A stretch of DNA of 64,000 bases from Candidatus Woesebacteria bacterium RIFCSPHIGHO2_02_FULL_42_20 (GTDB lineage: Bacteria; Patescibacteriota; Microgenomatia; UBA8517). The notes beneath the pieces are model-generated. The model was not told the DNA's origin. It was given only the letters and a program-made list of their open reading frames with translations, and did no database searches. Made by a program: the position numbers and the translations under genes. Positions within the stretch are counted from its first letter, which is position 1; every line of letters starts with the position of its first letter. The stretch covers positions 49,695-113,694 of the forward strand of contig MGGS01000001.1 in the NCBI GenBank assembly GCA_001792535.1. Direction: 5' to 3'. Of the stretch, positions 45,259-55,662 are shown piece after piece.

Positions 45259-48186
45259 TTGTGTATGCAGGAATACATTAAAGTCAGAGGCGCAAGACAG
45301 CATAACTTAAAAAACATCGATATCGATATTCCCAAAAACAAGCTAGTTGTCTTTACCGGTGTATCGGGGAGTGGTAAAAGCAGCTTGGCTTTCGATACTA
45401 TTTACGCCGAGGGCCAAAGACGCTACGTCGAGTCCCTTTCCACTTACGCCAGGCAGTTTCTGGGAGTTATGGACAAACCGGATGTAGACTTTATCGAAGG
45501 CTTGTCACCGGCAATCTCCATTGACCAGAAAACTACGTCGCACAACCCAAGGTCCACAGTTGGCACAATAACCGAGGTATACGACTACCTAAGACTTCTT
45601 TTTGCTCGTGTAGGCCACCCGCATTGCCCTATTTGCGGCAGAGAAATTGCCAGCCAGTCGCTTGACCAAATAGTAACTAACGTCATCGATTTGATTAGTG
45701 GTGCAGCAAACGGCAGCAAAGTAGCAAGATTTGTGGTAATGTCTCCTTTGGTCAAGGACCGCAAGGGCGAATTTTCGTCTCTGCTGGATAACCTTCGGGC
45801 AAAAGGCCTCAAATATGTTCGCATAGACGGCATTGTAAAGGGTCTAAACGAAGATTTTTATTTGCTCAAAAACAACAAGCACACAATTGATGTTTTTATC
45901 GATCGCTTGAGCATTGAGAAAAGGCTGCTAAAAGACAGGCTTTATATAGACAACTTGACAAGCCGACTCTCCGAATCCGTCGGCCAGGCTTTAAAGCTCG
46001 CGGATGGCCAAGTAATTGTCTCGCAGTTATTGGACAAATCGCTGACTTTGCCTGAATTCCCGAAGGAATTTAGCGACCACCTTTATTCCGAAAAGTTTTC
46101 GTGCCCTGTGGATAACATCAGTCTGCCGCCAGTTGAGCCCAGGACTTTTTCTTTTAATTCGCCCCACGGCGCCTGCCCGAAGTGCCTGGGCTTGGGAAGT
46201 ATTCTTAAAGTCGAGCCCGATTTGCTTTTTGCTCCCCAGATATCCGTCATAGAGGGTGGAGTAATTCCCTTTGCAAGTATGTTTGAGCACGACACCTGGT
46301 TTTCCAGAATTGTCAAAACGTTTTGCGAGCGCGAAAGAATTGATATACGGATGCCGATTGTTGATTTGACTCAACAAGCCAAAGATTTACTTTTGTACGG
46401 TAAACAGGGAGAAGTTTTTAAAGTTGATGGCATTAATAGAATGGGTAGCCCCACGAGCATCTATGAATCATTTGATGGTTTTGTAGGCGAGCTTACTAAA
46501 CGCCATGCAATTACCCAGTCCGACTATGTTCGGGCCGAAACAGAAAGATATATGCGTGAAACTGCTTGCGAAGAGTGCCTGGGGACAAGGCTCAAAAAAG
46601 AATCCTTGAGCATAACTATTAAAAAAAAGTCTATCGCAGCCGTGTCTGACAACTCTGTAACCGACTTAATTGGCTGGTTGGCGTCTCTGGCTGGCAAAGT
46701 GCTAAATGCCAGAGAAAACGTTATTGCCGGTCCTATACTAAATGAAATTGTTTCCAGACTGTCCTTTTTGTCATCGGTTGGACTTGGCTATCTGACAACG
46801 GATCGCAAAGCGGCAACTTTGGCCGGTGGAGAGCTCCAGCGAATCAGGCTAGCGTCGCAAATTGGCTCGGGATTGACGGGCGTTTTATATGTGTTGGACG
46901 AACCTACGATTGGCCTGCATCCGCGCGACAACGCAAAATTAATCAAAACTCTTAGCCGTCTGCGGGACATGGGAAATACTGTTTTAGTAGTCGAGCACGA
47001 CCGCGACATGATTATGCGGAGTGATTTTGTATTTGACTTTGGACCGGGAGCCGGGAAAATGGGGGGTAAACTCATCGCCTCGGGGACGCCAGCAGATTTG
47101 GTTAATGATAAATCCTCCATTACAGCCAAATATTTAAACGGCAGCGACAAGATAATTGTCAGGCCGAATCCTATTACCGATAAAATTACCAAAGAAGAGT
47201 TAACACTAACCGGAGCGGCCCAATTTAATCTGAAAAGCCTTGACCTGACTATCCCCTTGTCAAAGTTGGTCACGGTAACCGGGGTGTCAGGATCCGGCAA
47301 ATCTACCTTGATAGTAGACACCCTTTACCATGCACTAATGGCTATTAAAAATCCGTTTCATAAACAAGTGCCCGGAAAACATAAAAGCGTCATTAATCAC
47401 GAACTAATTGATAAGGTAGTCTTGATTGACCAGTCGCCTATAGGCCGGACTCCCAGGAGCAATCCTGCCACTTATACGAAAGTATTTGACCTGATCCGCG
47501 ACCTGTTTGCCTCGACTAGGGACGCGAAAGCACTGGGACTTGATAAAGGCAAATTCTCTTTCAACGTCAAAGGGGGCAGATGTGAAACTTGCGAAGGCCA
47601 GGGTCAAATCAAGATCGAGATGCAGTTTATGAGCGATATTTGGGTAACATGTGAAGTTTGTAAGGGTAGCCGCTATACCCAGAAAACTTTGGAAGTGCAA
47701 TATCGTGCAAAAAACATATCGGATGTTCTCAATCTGTCGGTAACCGAAGCGCTGGACTTTTTTCATTCACATCCGGTAATTATAAACAAGCTGGATACCC
47801 TTCAGCGTGTCGGCCTTGATTATATCGATTTGGGGCAGCCGGCAACTACGTTATCAGGCGGCGAAGCTCAAAGAGTAAAACTGGCTAGTGAACTCTCCAG
47901 GAGGGCCACGGGCAAGACTTTTTATATATTAGACGAGCCAACAACAGGTCTCCATTTTGCCGATCTTGAAAAGTTGCTTAAAGTATTACGAACACTGGTC
48001 GACCGCGGTAATACCGTTGTCGTAATTGAGCACAACTTAGACGTAGTCAAAAACGCAGACTGGATAATTGACCTTGGGCCCGAGGGGGGGGATAACGGTG
48101 GGTACATTGTAGGCGTCGGCACCCCGGAACAAATTGCCCATAATAAAAAAAGCTACACCGGCCAATTTCTTAAAAAAGTGCTTTAA
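45259..48186 (+). CDS. uvrA: Excinuclease ABC subunit A
   Basis: Two ABC ATPase modules (GVSGSGKSSL, LSGGE.QR) and zinc-finger Cys pairs. 975 aa. Confidence 0.95.
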   Translation: MCMQEYIKVRGARQHNLKNIDIDIPKNKLVVFTGVSGSGKSSLAFDTIYAEGQRRYVESLSTYARQFLGVMDKPDVDFIEGLSPAISIDQKTTSHNPRSTVGTITEVYDYLRLLFARVGHPHCPICGREIASQSLDQIVTNVIDLISGAANGSKVARFVVMSPLVKDRKGEFSSLLDNLRAKGLKYVRIDGIVKGLNEDFYLLKNNKHTIDVFIDRLSIEKRLLKDRLYIDNLTSRLSESVGQALKLADGQVIVSQLLDKSLTLPEFPKEFSDHLYSEKFSCPVDNISLPPVEPRTFSFNSPHGACPKCLGLGSILKVEPDLLFAPQISVIEGGVIPFASMFEHDTWFSRIVKTFCERERIDIRMPIVDLTQQAKDLLLYGKQGEVFKVDGINRMGSPTSIYESFDGFVGELTKRHAITQSDYVRAETERYMRETACEECLGTRLKKESLSITIKKKSIAAVSDNSVTDLIGWLASLAGKVLNARENVIAGPILNEIVSRLSFLSSVGLGYLTTDRKAATLAGGELQRIRLASQIGSGLTGVLYVLDEPTIGLHPRDNAKLIKTLSRLRDMGNTVLVVEHDRDMIMRSDFVFDFGPGAGKMGGKLIASGTPADLVNDKSSITAKYLNGSDKIIVRPNPITDKITKEELTLTGAAQFNLKSLDLTIPLSKLVTVTGVSGSGKSTLIVDTLYHALMAIKNPFHKQVPGKHKSVINHELIDKVVLIDQSPIGRTPRSNPATYTKVFDLIRDLFASTRDAKALGLDKGKFSFNVKGGRCETCEGQGQIKIEMQFMSDIWVTCEVCKGSRYTQKTLEVQYRAKNISDVLNLSVTEALDFFHSHPVIINKLDTLQRVGLDYIDLGQPATTLSGGEAQRVKLASELSRRATGKTFYILDEPTTGLHFADLEKLLKVLRTLVDRGNTVVVIEHNLDVVKNADWIIDLGPEGGDNGGYIVGVGTPEQIAHNKKSYTGQFLKKVL

Positions 48187-48216
48187 AGGCGGCGATAGTT
48201 TCGGTAAACTTAAAAG

Positions 48217-50019
48217 ATGACAAAAAAATATATTCTCTTGTTTGTGTTTTTTGTTTTGCCATTTTTATTTTTCGGCAGAGCTTTTGCACAAACAGACAAT
48301 TTTAAAACTACAGCAGATATTTCCTATAGCGTTGCAGCCGATGGCCTAACTACGGTAAGCCACAAGATTACTATCGAAAACCTCACGACCAAGTTTTATG
48401 TAGATTCGTTCAGTTTAAAGGTAGCCGGTACGCAACCTCTTAATCCGAGGGCAAGCGAAAACGCTACCCCCATAATTTTACTTACAAAAATGCAAGGTGA
48501 TTCATGGAGCTTAGATCTAGAGCTTGAAAAAATTGTTGGCCTTGGAAAAACCAGATCATTTGAAATTTTGTTTGAAACTGCCAGTTTCGCCGAAAAGACA
48601 GGCTCTGTTTGGGAAATTTTGATTCCGGGTGAGGAGGGAAACAATGTATATGACGTTACCAGTGTAACACTTTATACTTCGAGCGAATTTGGCTCGCCTG
48701 CGTACATTTCGCCTCTGCCAACACGTCGGTTTCAAAAAGACGAAAAATTTGCTTTTGAATTTCGCTCTAAAGATATCCCACTGAATGGCCTTTCTGCAGC
48801 ATTTGGCGATTTCCAGATTTTTGATTTTTATCTTGCCTATCATTTAGAAAACCCGTTAAGCCGTGAGTCGAAGTTTCAGATTGCCGTCCCACCCGACACA
48901 GCCTTTCAAAAAGTTATCTACCAAGCATTTGATCCTAAACCAACGAATTTGGAAGCCGATCAAGACGGCAACTGGCTGGCTGATTTTTCGCTTGCGGCTC
49001 AGCAAAAGCTCGATGTGAATGTCAGCGGAGTTGTAGAAATCTATTCGCAGCCGATTTTCCAAAACAACTTGGATGAAGATGACTTTAAACCGTTTCTTGC
49101 TCCAAGCGCTGTATGGCAAACGGATGATCCTAAAATAGTTGAAATCGCGCGCAAGCTTAAAACTCCCAAGGCAATTTATGACTATGTTTCAAAAAATCTC
49201 ACCTATGATTATTCCAGAGTAAGGCCAAACGTGGATAGACTTGGAGCTTCTCGGGTCTTGCAAGAGCCAAATCGGTCGATCTGTACCGAATATACGGATC
49301 TTTTCATTGCGATTGCCCGGGCTGCCGGCATTCCTGCCCGTGAGGTTAACGGCTATGCCTATTCGCAAAACCCTAATATCGAACCGCTTTCTTTGGTTGC
49401 AGACGTTCTGCATGCATGGCCTGAATATTGGGACAAAGACCTGCTTGTTTGGCGGCCGGTAGACCCGACCTGGGCAAGCACGAGCGGTGGTACCGATTAT
49501 TTTACAAAGCTCGACCTTCGCCATTTTGCTTTTGTAATGCACGGAACAGACTATCAAAAACCCTACCCGCCGGGGTCATACAAGCTTGGCGAAAATCCCC
49601 AAAAAGATGTCTATGTGACACTTTCCGATCAAAGCATAAGTCGTAGTGTGTCTGTTGAAATCAATATCCTTTCACTTAGAAACCTCCCGTGGAGAGATTC
49701 ACAGATGGAGATAAGCATAGAAAATACCGGAAATACGGCAATATACGATCGGGATCTGCAAATTTTATTTGACGGTAAAATAGTTGATTTTAAGAAAGTA
49801 CCTGCGCTTTTGCCGTTTTCCAAAACGACCAAGCTGGTCGACGTGCCCTTTAGTTTTTTCGGTAACAGGACCCCGGAAACACTGACGGTTGCGTTTGGCG
49901 AAGACGAAAAAACCATTCTCACTTACAAATCTTCACTGATTATTTTCAGTTTACTTTCTTCAGCCGTTGCCATCTTTATTGCATGCGGCTTTGTTGTTTG
50001 GCTGATTAAAGCAAAATAA
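48217..50019 (+). CDS. Transglutaminase-like cysteine protease superfamily protein (signal peptide, C-terminal TM)
   Basis: Core ICTEYTDLFIAIARAAGIPAREVNGYAY is the transglutaminase-like Cys segment, with downstream His/Asp. Sits between uvrA and uvrC. Confidence 0.65.
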   Translation: MTKKYILLFVFFVLPFLFFGRAFAQTDNFKTTADISYSVAADGLTTVSHKITIENLTTKFYVDSFSLKVAGTQPLNPRASENATPIILLTKMQGDSWSLDLELEKIVGLGKTRSFEILFETASFAEKTGSVWEILIPGEEGNNVYDVTSVTLYTSSEFGSPAYISPLPTRRFQKDEKFAFEFRSKDIPLNGLSAAFGDFQIFDFYLAYHLENPLSRESKFQIAVPPDTAFQKVIYQAFDPKPTNLEADQDGNWLADFSLAAQQKLDVNVSGVVEIYSQPIFQNNLDEDDFKPFLAPSAVWQTDDPKIVEIARKLKTPKAIYDYVSKNLTYDYSRVRPNVDRLGASRVLQEPNRSICTEYTDLFIAIARAAGIPAREVNGYAYSQNPNIEPLSLVADVLHAWPEYWDKDLLVWRPVDPTWASTSGGTDYFTKLDLRHFAFVMHGTDYQKPYPPGSYKLGENPQKDVYVTLSDQSISRSVSVEINILSLRNLPWRDSQMEISIENTGNTAIYDRDLQILFDGKIVDFKKVPALLPFSKTTKLVDVPFSFFGNRTPETLTVAFGEDEKTILTYKSSLIIFSLLSSAVAIFIACGFVVWLIKAK

Positions 50020-51332
50020 TGATGGCAAAAAGCAACTTTTTCATTAACAGACTTTCGGCCGGTAAAATTTCAACCGAGAGTGGCGTATATCTTTTTAAGA
50101 CGATTGCCGGGGCTATTTTGTATATCGGCAAGGCAAAAAACTTGAGAAACAGGGTTAGCAGCTATTTTTCTGGCAACCTTGAATATAAAACCCGTAGTAT
50201 GGTTAGTAAGGCTAATAGCGTGGAAACGCTGACTGTGGGAAGTGAATTTGAAGCAATGTTATTGGAAGCAAGGCTCATAAATAAGTTTCGCCCCAAATAT
50301 AACATCGAGTTACGCGATGACAAATCGCCAATTTACATCGTGGCAACAAAAGACACTTACCCTTTGTTAAAAGTCGTTCGAAAAAAAGACCTAAATCAAC
50401 TAAAACTTTATTGGGGACCTTTTTTAAGTGCGAGGGAAACACGGATAATATTAAAAACGCTCCGCCAAGTTTTTCCATTTTCCGACCATAAAGTAACGGC
50501 TCGGCCTTGTATTTATAGCCAGATAGGCTTGTGTAGTCCCTGTCCGAGTTTAATTAACCAAACAGCTGATGCCAAAAAAAGACTGGCCTTAAGAAAGCTG
50601 TACCTAGTAAATTTTCGCAGGGTAAAAAACATCCTAAACGGAAAACTGAGATTCGTAGAGAAGGAATTAGTCAGTGAGATGAAAAACTATTCAAAGGCCC
50701 AGGAATTTGAGGCAGCCGGTGAAGTAAGAAATAAGCTTGTACTGTTTCAAAGTCTGACTGCGAAGCAATTTCTGCGCTTTGACTATTTTGAGAATCCAAA
50801 TCTTCGGGAAGATATTGCTCAAAGAGAAATAAGCGAACTCAAGAAGCTACTCCTGTTCCACGGAGTTAACGTTCCGGTACTTAGCCGGATTGAATGTTTT
50901 GACATAAGTCACTTGTCGGGAACGAACGCTGCCGCATCAATGGTGGTTTTTCTAGACGGTATTGCGGACAAGTCAAGTTATCGCCGTTTTAAAATACGGT
51001 CTGCTAGTGCAAAAAGCGACTTTGATTCCATTAAGGAAGTTATTCGGCGCAGAATGCAAAACACTTCATGGAGTTTGCCGGATTTGATTATTATGGACGG
51101 TGGTAAACCACAAGTTAGTGCGGCTACCCAGACCAAGCACCTTTCGGTCCCTGTTGTCGGAATTGCAAAAAGAAACGAAACATTGGTAATAAAAAAAAGA
51201 GATATTTACGAGGAAGTTAAACTGGCCGGTTTTGCGCTCAATTTAGTTCAAAAGATGCGCGACGAAGCTCATAGATTTGCCAGGAATTACCACCACAAAC
51301 TTGTCGAAATGTTGCTAAAGAATATAAAATAA
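50019..51332 (+). CDS. uvrC: Excinuclease ABC subunit C (short form lacking C-terminal HhH)
   Basis: GIY-YIG GVYLFKTIAGAILYIGKAKNLRNRVSSYF. Cys-rich UvrB-interaction segment. Endonuclease region RIECFDISHLSGTNAAASMVVF...YRRFKI. 437 aa versus ~600 in E. coli. Confidence 0.8.
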   Translation: MMAKSNFFINRLSAGKISTESGVYLFKTIAGAILYIGKAKNLRNRVSSYFSGNLEYKTRSMVSKANSVETLTVGSEFEAMLLEARLINKFRPKYNIELRDDKSPIYIVATKDTYPLLKVVRKKDLNQLKLYWGPFLSARETRIILKTLRQVFPFSDHKVTARPCIYSQIGLCSPCPSLINQTADAKKRLALRKLYLVNFRRVKNILNGKLRFVEKELVSEMKNYSKAQEFEAAGEVRNKLVLFQSLTAKQFLRFDYFENPNLREDIAQREISELKKLLLFHGVNVPVLSRIECFDISHLSGTNAAASMVVFLDGIADKSSYRRFKIRSASAKSDFDSIKEVIRRRMQNTSWSLPDLIIMDGGKPQVSAATQTKHLSVPVVGIAKRNETLVIKKRDIYEEVKLAGFALNLVQKMRDEAHRFARNYHHKLVEMLLKNIK

Positions 51333-51336
51333 ACTA

Positions 51337-51738
51337 ATGAAACGGCTCGTCCGCGCATACACAATACAGGCAATCTCACTCTACTTTGTGAATATTATCG
51401 CTATTGGTTTGAATTTCAGCCATGGCGTCAGAAGTTTTCTAATTACGGTACTTGTTTTAACATTGTCGACATACCTGATTAGACCGGTTGTGAACATTTT
51501 GCTACTTCCACTTAATTTGGTTACCTTCGGTTTATTCCGGTGGGTTGGCTTTGCCGTGACCTTACTTCTCGTCGACCTTGTCCTTGAAGAATTCAGCGTT
51601 GACAGGTTTAAATTTGCGGGGCTAACTTCCGAGTTAATAACTATACCCGCAGTTGACTGGACGGGTTTCATGGCATATGTCGGCTTCTCGTTTATATTGT
51701 CACTTCTTGTGACCTACACATTTTGGGTCGCAAAATAG
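51337..51738 (+). CDS. DUF360/YvlD-like (phage_holin_4_2 family) small membrane protein
   Basis: 4-TM protein with IRPVVNILLLPLNLVTFGLFRWVGFAVTLLLVDLVL resembling the family consensus. Confidence 0.45.
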   Translation: MKRLVRAYTIQAISLYFVNIIAIGLNFSHGVRSFLITVLVLTLSTYLIRPVVNILLLPLNLVTFGLFRWVGFAVTLLLVDLVLEEFSVDRFKFAGLTSELITIPAVDWTGFMAYVGFSFILSLLVTYTFWVAK

Positions 51739-51762
51739 TCTCAAGTGAGATATACTTAAATT

Positions 51763-51978
51763 ATGAACCGTGATGTTTTGCTTATAATTCAGATCATTTC
51801 AGGGCTTTTTTTAACTGTACTTATTGTTTTGCAGGTGAAAGGCAAAGGCTTTGGCAGAGTTTGGGGTGCATCAAGTGTTTCATTTACCCGAAGGGGACTT
51901 GAAAATCAGGTGTTCCGCGCTACATTTATAATATCTTTCATTTTTTTGTTGGTTTCCACACTCGAACTGTTGGCATAG
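51763..51978 (+). CDS. secG: Preprotein translocase subunit SecG
   Basis: 71 aa, two TM helices, LIVLQVKGKGFG loop typical of SecG. Confidence 0.7.
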   Translation: MNRDVLLIIQIISGLFLTVLIVLQVKGKGFGRVWGASSVSFTRRGLENQVFRATFIISFIFLLVSTLELLA

Positions 51979-51981
51979 ACC

Positions 51982-53322
51982 ATGGTTAACAAAAGTATTT
52001 CTTTTACCTTGAGGTATACTCTAAGACTTGTTGTCGAATTTATTTCACGCTATAAAGCCCTCTTTCTAGTAAGCTTTATTTTTGGAGCCTTGGTGTTTAT
52101 CGTTGCCGGTGCGGTTTTACCCGGTATATTAAGTAGCAAAATTGACCGTATTGGCATGGCAGGCAAGTTCACCGTTGAAGATATTCCATATTCTATCCAA
52201 AGGATTTTAAGCCGCGGCTTGACCAAACTGAAGGCTAATGGCGAAATCGAGCCGGATTTAGCCGTTAGCTGGGAAACACCAGACAAGGGCAAGACGTGGA
52301 TTTTTCATTTAGCCCAAAATATAAGGTGGAATGACAATACACCTTTAATTTCGCGGGACCTGAATTATAATTTTAGTGACGTCGAAATACAGTTTCCCGA
52401 TGACCAAACCGTTGTTTTCACTCTGTCAACTCCGTATAGCCCGTTTCCCACGATTGTTTCAAAACCTGTATTCAAGAGAGGATTGCTGGGTAGCTCAAAT
52501 TGGCAAGTGGATAAACTAACACTTACAGGTAACTTTATTCAGGCATTGGCGATTAGAGATAATAGAGGCAGGCGCAAAATTTATAAATTTTATCCCACAG
52601 AAGATCAGACTAAACTAGCATACAGGCTGGCAGAAGTTGATGTTATCGAGGATCTAATTGATCCGAGCCCACTAAATTCGTGGCCCATGACACAAACACG
52701 CCAGCGAGTAAACGATAGCCGGATTGTAGTCATTTTTTTAAACACCACCGACTCGCTATTAGCCGACAAGTCGATCCGCCAAGCTCTTGCCTATTCAATA
52801 GACAAACGAACTTTTGGTGTCCGGGCAATTTCACCCATATCTTCCTCCTCGTGGTCATTTAACCCGCAGGTCAAGTCATATGATCAGGATGTAGTCCGTG
52901 CCAAAGAAATCATCACCGACTATTTGAAGACCAAAGATGACAAGCGTATAGAAGTGAAACTTGCTTCTTACCCTTCGCTTTTGGGTGTTGCAGAAAAAAT
53001 TAGCCAGGACTGGGAAAAAATAGGTGTTTCGACTTCCGTTCAGGTATCCTCGATTACACCGGTTGCTTATCAAGCGTTTTTGGCAATTTATGATATCCCA
53101 TCAGACCCGGACCAATATGCCGTCTGGCACTCAACTCAAGTCGAGACTAATATTACCAAATACGCTAGTCCCAGAATAGACAAACTCTTGGAAGACGGCA
53201 GGACAGAATTGGAATTTGCAAACCGAAAAAAAATCTATCTGGATTTTCAGCGTTTTTTACTGGAAGACTCACCGGCTATCTTTCTTTATTACCCGGAATA
53301 TTACACGATCGAACGCCTCTAA
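51982..53322 (+). CDS. ABC transporter substrate-binding protein, family 5 (peptide/nickel type), membrane-anchored
   Basis: N-terminal TM, then the SBP_bac_5 signature region LAVSWETPDKGKTWIFHLAQNIRWNDNTP. No cognate permease or ATPase adjacent. Confidence 0.6.
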   Translation: MVNKSISFTLRYTLRLVVEFISRYKALFLVSFIFGALVFIVAGAVLPGILSSKIDRIGMAGKFTVEDIPYSIQRILSRGLTKLKANGEIEPDLAVSWETPDKGKTWIFHLAQNIRWNDNTPLISRDLNYNFSDVEIQFPDDQTVVFTLSTPYSPFPTIVSKPVFKRGLLGSSNWQVDKLTLTGNFIQALAIRDNRGRRKIYKFYPTEDQTKLAYRLAEVDVIEDLIDPSPLNSWPMTQTRQRVNDSRIVVIFLNTTDSLLADKSIRQALAYSIDKRTFGVRAISPISSSSWSFNPQVKSYDQDVVRAKEIITDYLKTKDDKRIEVKLASYPSLLGVAEKISQDWEKIGVSTSVQVSSITPVAYQAFLAIYDIPSDPDQYAVWHSTQVETNITKYASPRIDKLLEDGRTELEFANRKKIYLDFQRFLLEDSPAIFLYYPEYYTIERL

Positions 53323-53361
53323 TACTATAGTACTATCTAGAAAGTCACAGTAATTGACATT

Positions 53362-54822
53362 TTGATATATTATAGGTATAGTTCTTACATGTCACGATTA
53401 CTCTTTGTTGCTATTATCTTTATTGCGTTAATCCTAAGGGCTATAAATCTTGACTACAACAGTCCCTTTAACGACGAAGCAATCTATGCCGTTATTGGAT
53501 TTGACGGGGTTTATAAGAAAGACTGGGAAACACTCGACGCATTTACCTGGATGGCGGGGAGCCCGTATGTCTATCCGGTAGTAAACAGTGTTTCATATAA
53601 ACTCGGCGGCATCGAGGTTGCCAGATTCGTAAATGTGCTATTCGGAATTGGTACAATTTATCTGGCGGCGGAAACGGCAGCGCTTTTTACGGTCAAAAAG
53701 AGAAAACTCGCAACTGCCTTCATTACTTTATGTTTGTTGGCCACCTTGCCGCTGTCATTTTATGTGTCACGCTTGGCCACCTACGACGCGCCAAGTTTTA
53801 TGTTTATCATGCTGGGACTTTATTTAGTCTTTAAAAACTTTACTTCCAAGGAAGCTAAAAACGAGTACTATCTGTTTGCTGCCATAGCTTTTTTTGTGGC
53901 CTTTGTTTTTAAATATTTAGCCATTATTTATGCCGCCTACGCGGTTTTGGTATCACTGTTTTACCTCAAAAAGGCAGGCCTTAAAAACATACTGAGAAAC
54001 AGCTGGTTCTATTATTTTTTTACATCTCTGTCACTGCTTTTTGGTTTTTTCATAGTCCTAAATTTTACTGATTTGTTTACCTATATTTCCACCGAATCAG
54101 CGGTTGAAATCACAAATGTATTTGAAAAAATTCAGTTATTTATGTCGGAGTACGTCTTTTTGCTTCCGTTTGCAGTATTTTCGTTTGGGTACTTATTTAA
54201 AACTAAAGACACCAAAACAGCTTTGGTGCTTTTGCTTGCAACCGTAACTATCTTGATCTTTCATTTTGGCTACGCAGGAGCCCCCTCCTACGAAAAGCAC
54301 CTTTTGCTATCGGGCATATTCATGGCGGTAGTGACAGGTGTCGCCTTGCCGGAGTTTTTTGACAATCTTCGGGCAAGCAAAAAGATCAAAGGTTTTGTCC
54401 AAGGTAACTTCATTGGCTTTCTTGGCTTTTTGTTGATTTTCCTTTTTTGGCAGGTACCTACTCTAAATTCAAAGTGGCGCAATGTTGATATCCCATTGAA
54501 TTTTTTGGCAAGTCAGGTTAAAAAGGGAGATGTAGTTTTGGTTGAAACGGGCGATGTGTTTATTTTGGGGCTTTATGACAAGTTGGGGTCAGTTAGTACG
54601 GTAACATTTGACTATATTGATTACCTGGGGAGCGAAGACGACAAAGCTTATGTTACTGCCATTGAAGACGGTTACTTTAACTACATAGAGCTGGAGGACC
54701 AACAACTGTCCAAGTTGGCAAGAAATCACTATCTAAACGATTTGGTTGCCAAAAGTTTAGCTGATAACTACAAAGCAATATATAACGACGGAAATGTCTA
54801 TATTTATGAAAGGCGATTCTAA
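53362..54822 (+). CDS. GT39/GT83-like (ArnT/PMT-type) polyprenyl-phosphate-sugar-dependent glycosyltransferase
   Basis: Polytopic membrane protein with N-terminal ...LRAINLDYNSPFNDEAIYAVIG (DE-containing first periplasmic loop typical of the GT-C ArnT/PMT_2 family). Start may be Met at 53389. Confidence 0.55.
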   Translation: MIYYRYSSYMSRLLFVAIIFIALILRAINLDYNSPFNDEAIYAVIGFDGVYKKDWETLDAFTWMAGSPYVYPVVNSVSYKLGGIEVARFVNVLFGIGTIYLAAETAALFTVKKRKLATAFITLCLLATLPLSFYVSRLATYDAPSFMFIMLGLYLVFKNFTSKEAKNEYYLFAAIAFFVAFVFKYLAIIYAAYAVLVSLFYLKKAGLKNILRNSWFYYFFTSLSLLFGFFIVLNFTDLFTYISTESAVEITNVFEKIQLFMSEYVFLLPFAVFSFGYLFKTKDTKTALVLLLATVTILIFHFGYAGAPSYEKHLLLSGIFMAVVTGVALPEFFDNLRASKKIKGFVQGNFIGFLGFLLIFLFWQVPTLNSKWRNVDIPLNFLASQVKKGDVVLVETGDVFILGLYDKLGSVSTVTFDYIDYLGSEDDKAYVTAIEDGYFNYIELEDQQLSKLARNHYLNDLVAKSLADNYKAIYNDGNVYIYERRF

Positions 54823-54825
54823 ACT

Positions 54826-55662
54826 ATGAAACCCAAGTTACTATTATGGATGATTGCTCCGGCTGTTTTGCTAATTTTAGTGACGAGATACATTGCCGAT
54901 TCGAGTGCCGAGGAGTTGCCAAATTTTACCGATTTGCCACAATACACTCTGGCAACGGTGGCAAAAAATGAAATTGACCAGGTAAGGCAGGAATTAATCG
55001 CTTCGTTTGAATGGAAGCGGGGTGGAGTTGTTACCTTCTGGTTCGATGATGCTTGGATGAGCCAGTACACCGAGGGTTATAAACTGTTAGCCGACTACGG
55101 TTATAAAGGCTCTTTAGCTGTGCCTACAGGCTTGCTCAAGTACGAAGGTTATATCAAGTGGTGGCAAATTAAGAAGTTACAATTTGAGGGCTGGGAAATA
55201 AGCGCCCACAGCGTCAGCCACGAATGCGATCCCGACGTACTCACAGCAGATAGCCTGGAATATGAGCTTCGCTATTCAAAAATTGAGATACTTTCGCACG
55301 GACTTTTGGCCGACAACTATGTAGCGCCGTGCGGCGTCACCAATGAGGCCTTAATTGCTTTGGCAAAAACGTATTATAAATCAATGCGCACCAGCGAACC
55401 CGGCATAAATAGCATTCCTGTTGGCGATCCGTATTTTATTAAAGCCAATGCAATATTTGCTACGACAACTATCGACGACATCCGAGGCTTATTGACTGAA
55501 GCAAAACTGGCTCGTGGTTGGCTGGTACTCATGTTTCATCAAATTGACGATTCGGGCGGAGAATATGCTGTTACGCCGGAGTTTTTCCAAGAAATTGTGG
55601 CTGAAGTGAGCAAATCTGATTTACAAGTTGCCCTGCCAACTCAAGTTATCACTATAAAATGA
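54826..55662 (+). CDS. Polysaccharide deacetylase (CE4, NodB homology domain)
   Basis: VVTFWFDDAW (TFDDG-type motif 1) and HSVSHE (motif 2). N-terminal signal/TM. Confidence 0.65.
   Translation: MKPKLLLWMIAPAVLLILVTRYIADSSAEELPNFTDLPQYTLATVAKNEIDQVRQELIASFEWKRGGVVTFWFDDAWMSQYTEGYKLLADYGYKGSLAVPTGLLKYEGYIKWWQIKKLQFEGWEISAHSVSHECDPDVLTADSLEYELRYSKIEILSHGLLADNYVAPCGVTNEALIALAKTYYKSMRTSEPGINSIPVGDPYFIKANAIFATTTIDDIRGLLTEAKLARGWLVLMFHQIDDSGGEYAVTPEFFQEIVAEVSKSDLQVALPTQVITIK

Noticed and set aside
45099-45303. ORFs 45099-45281 (+) and 45106-45303 (-) upstream of uvrA
   Set aside because: They span the promoter-like -10, the polypurine tract and the terminator hairpin. The start overlaps the TATAAT box. 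The products are low-complexity. These are treated as non-coding regulatory RNA space.
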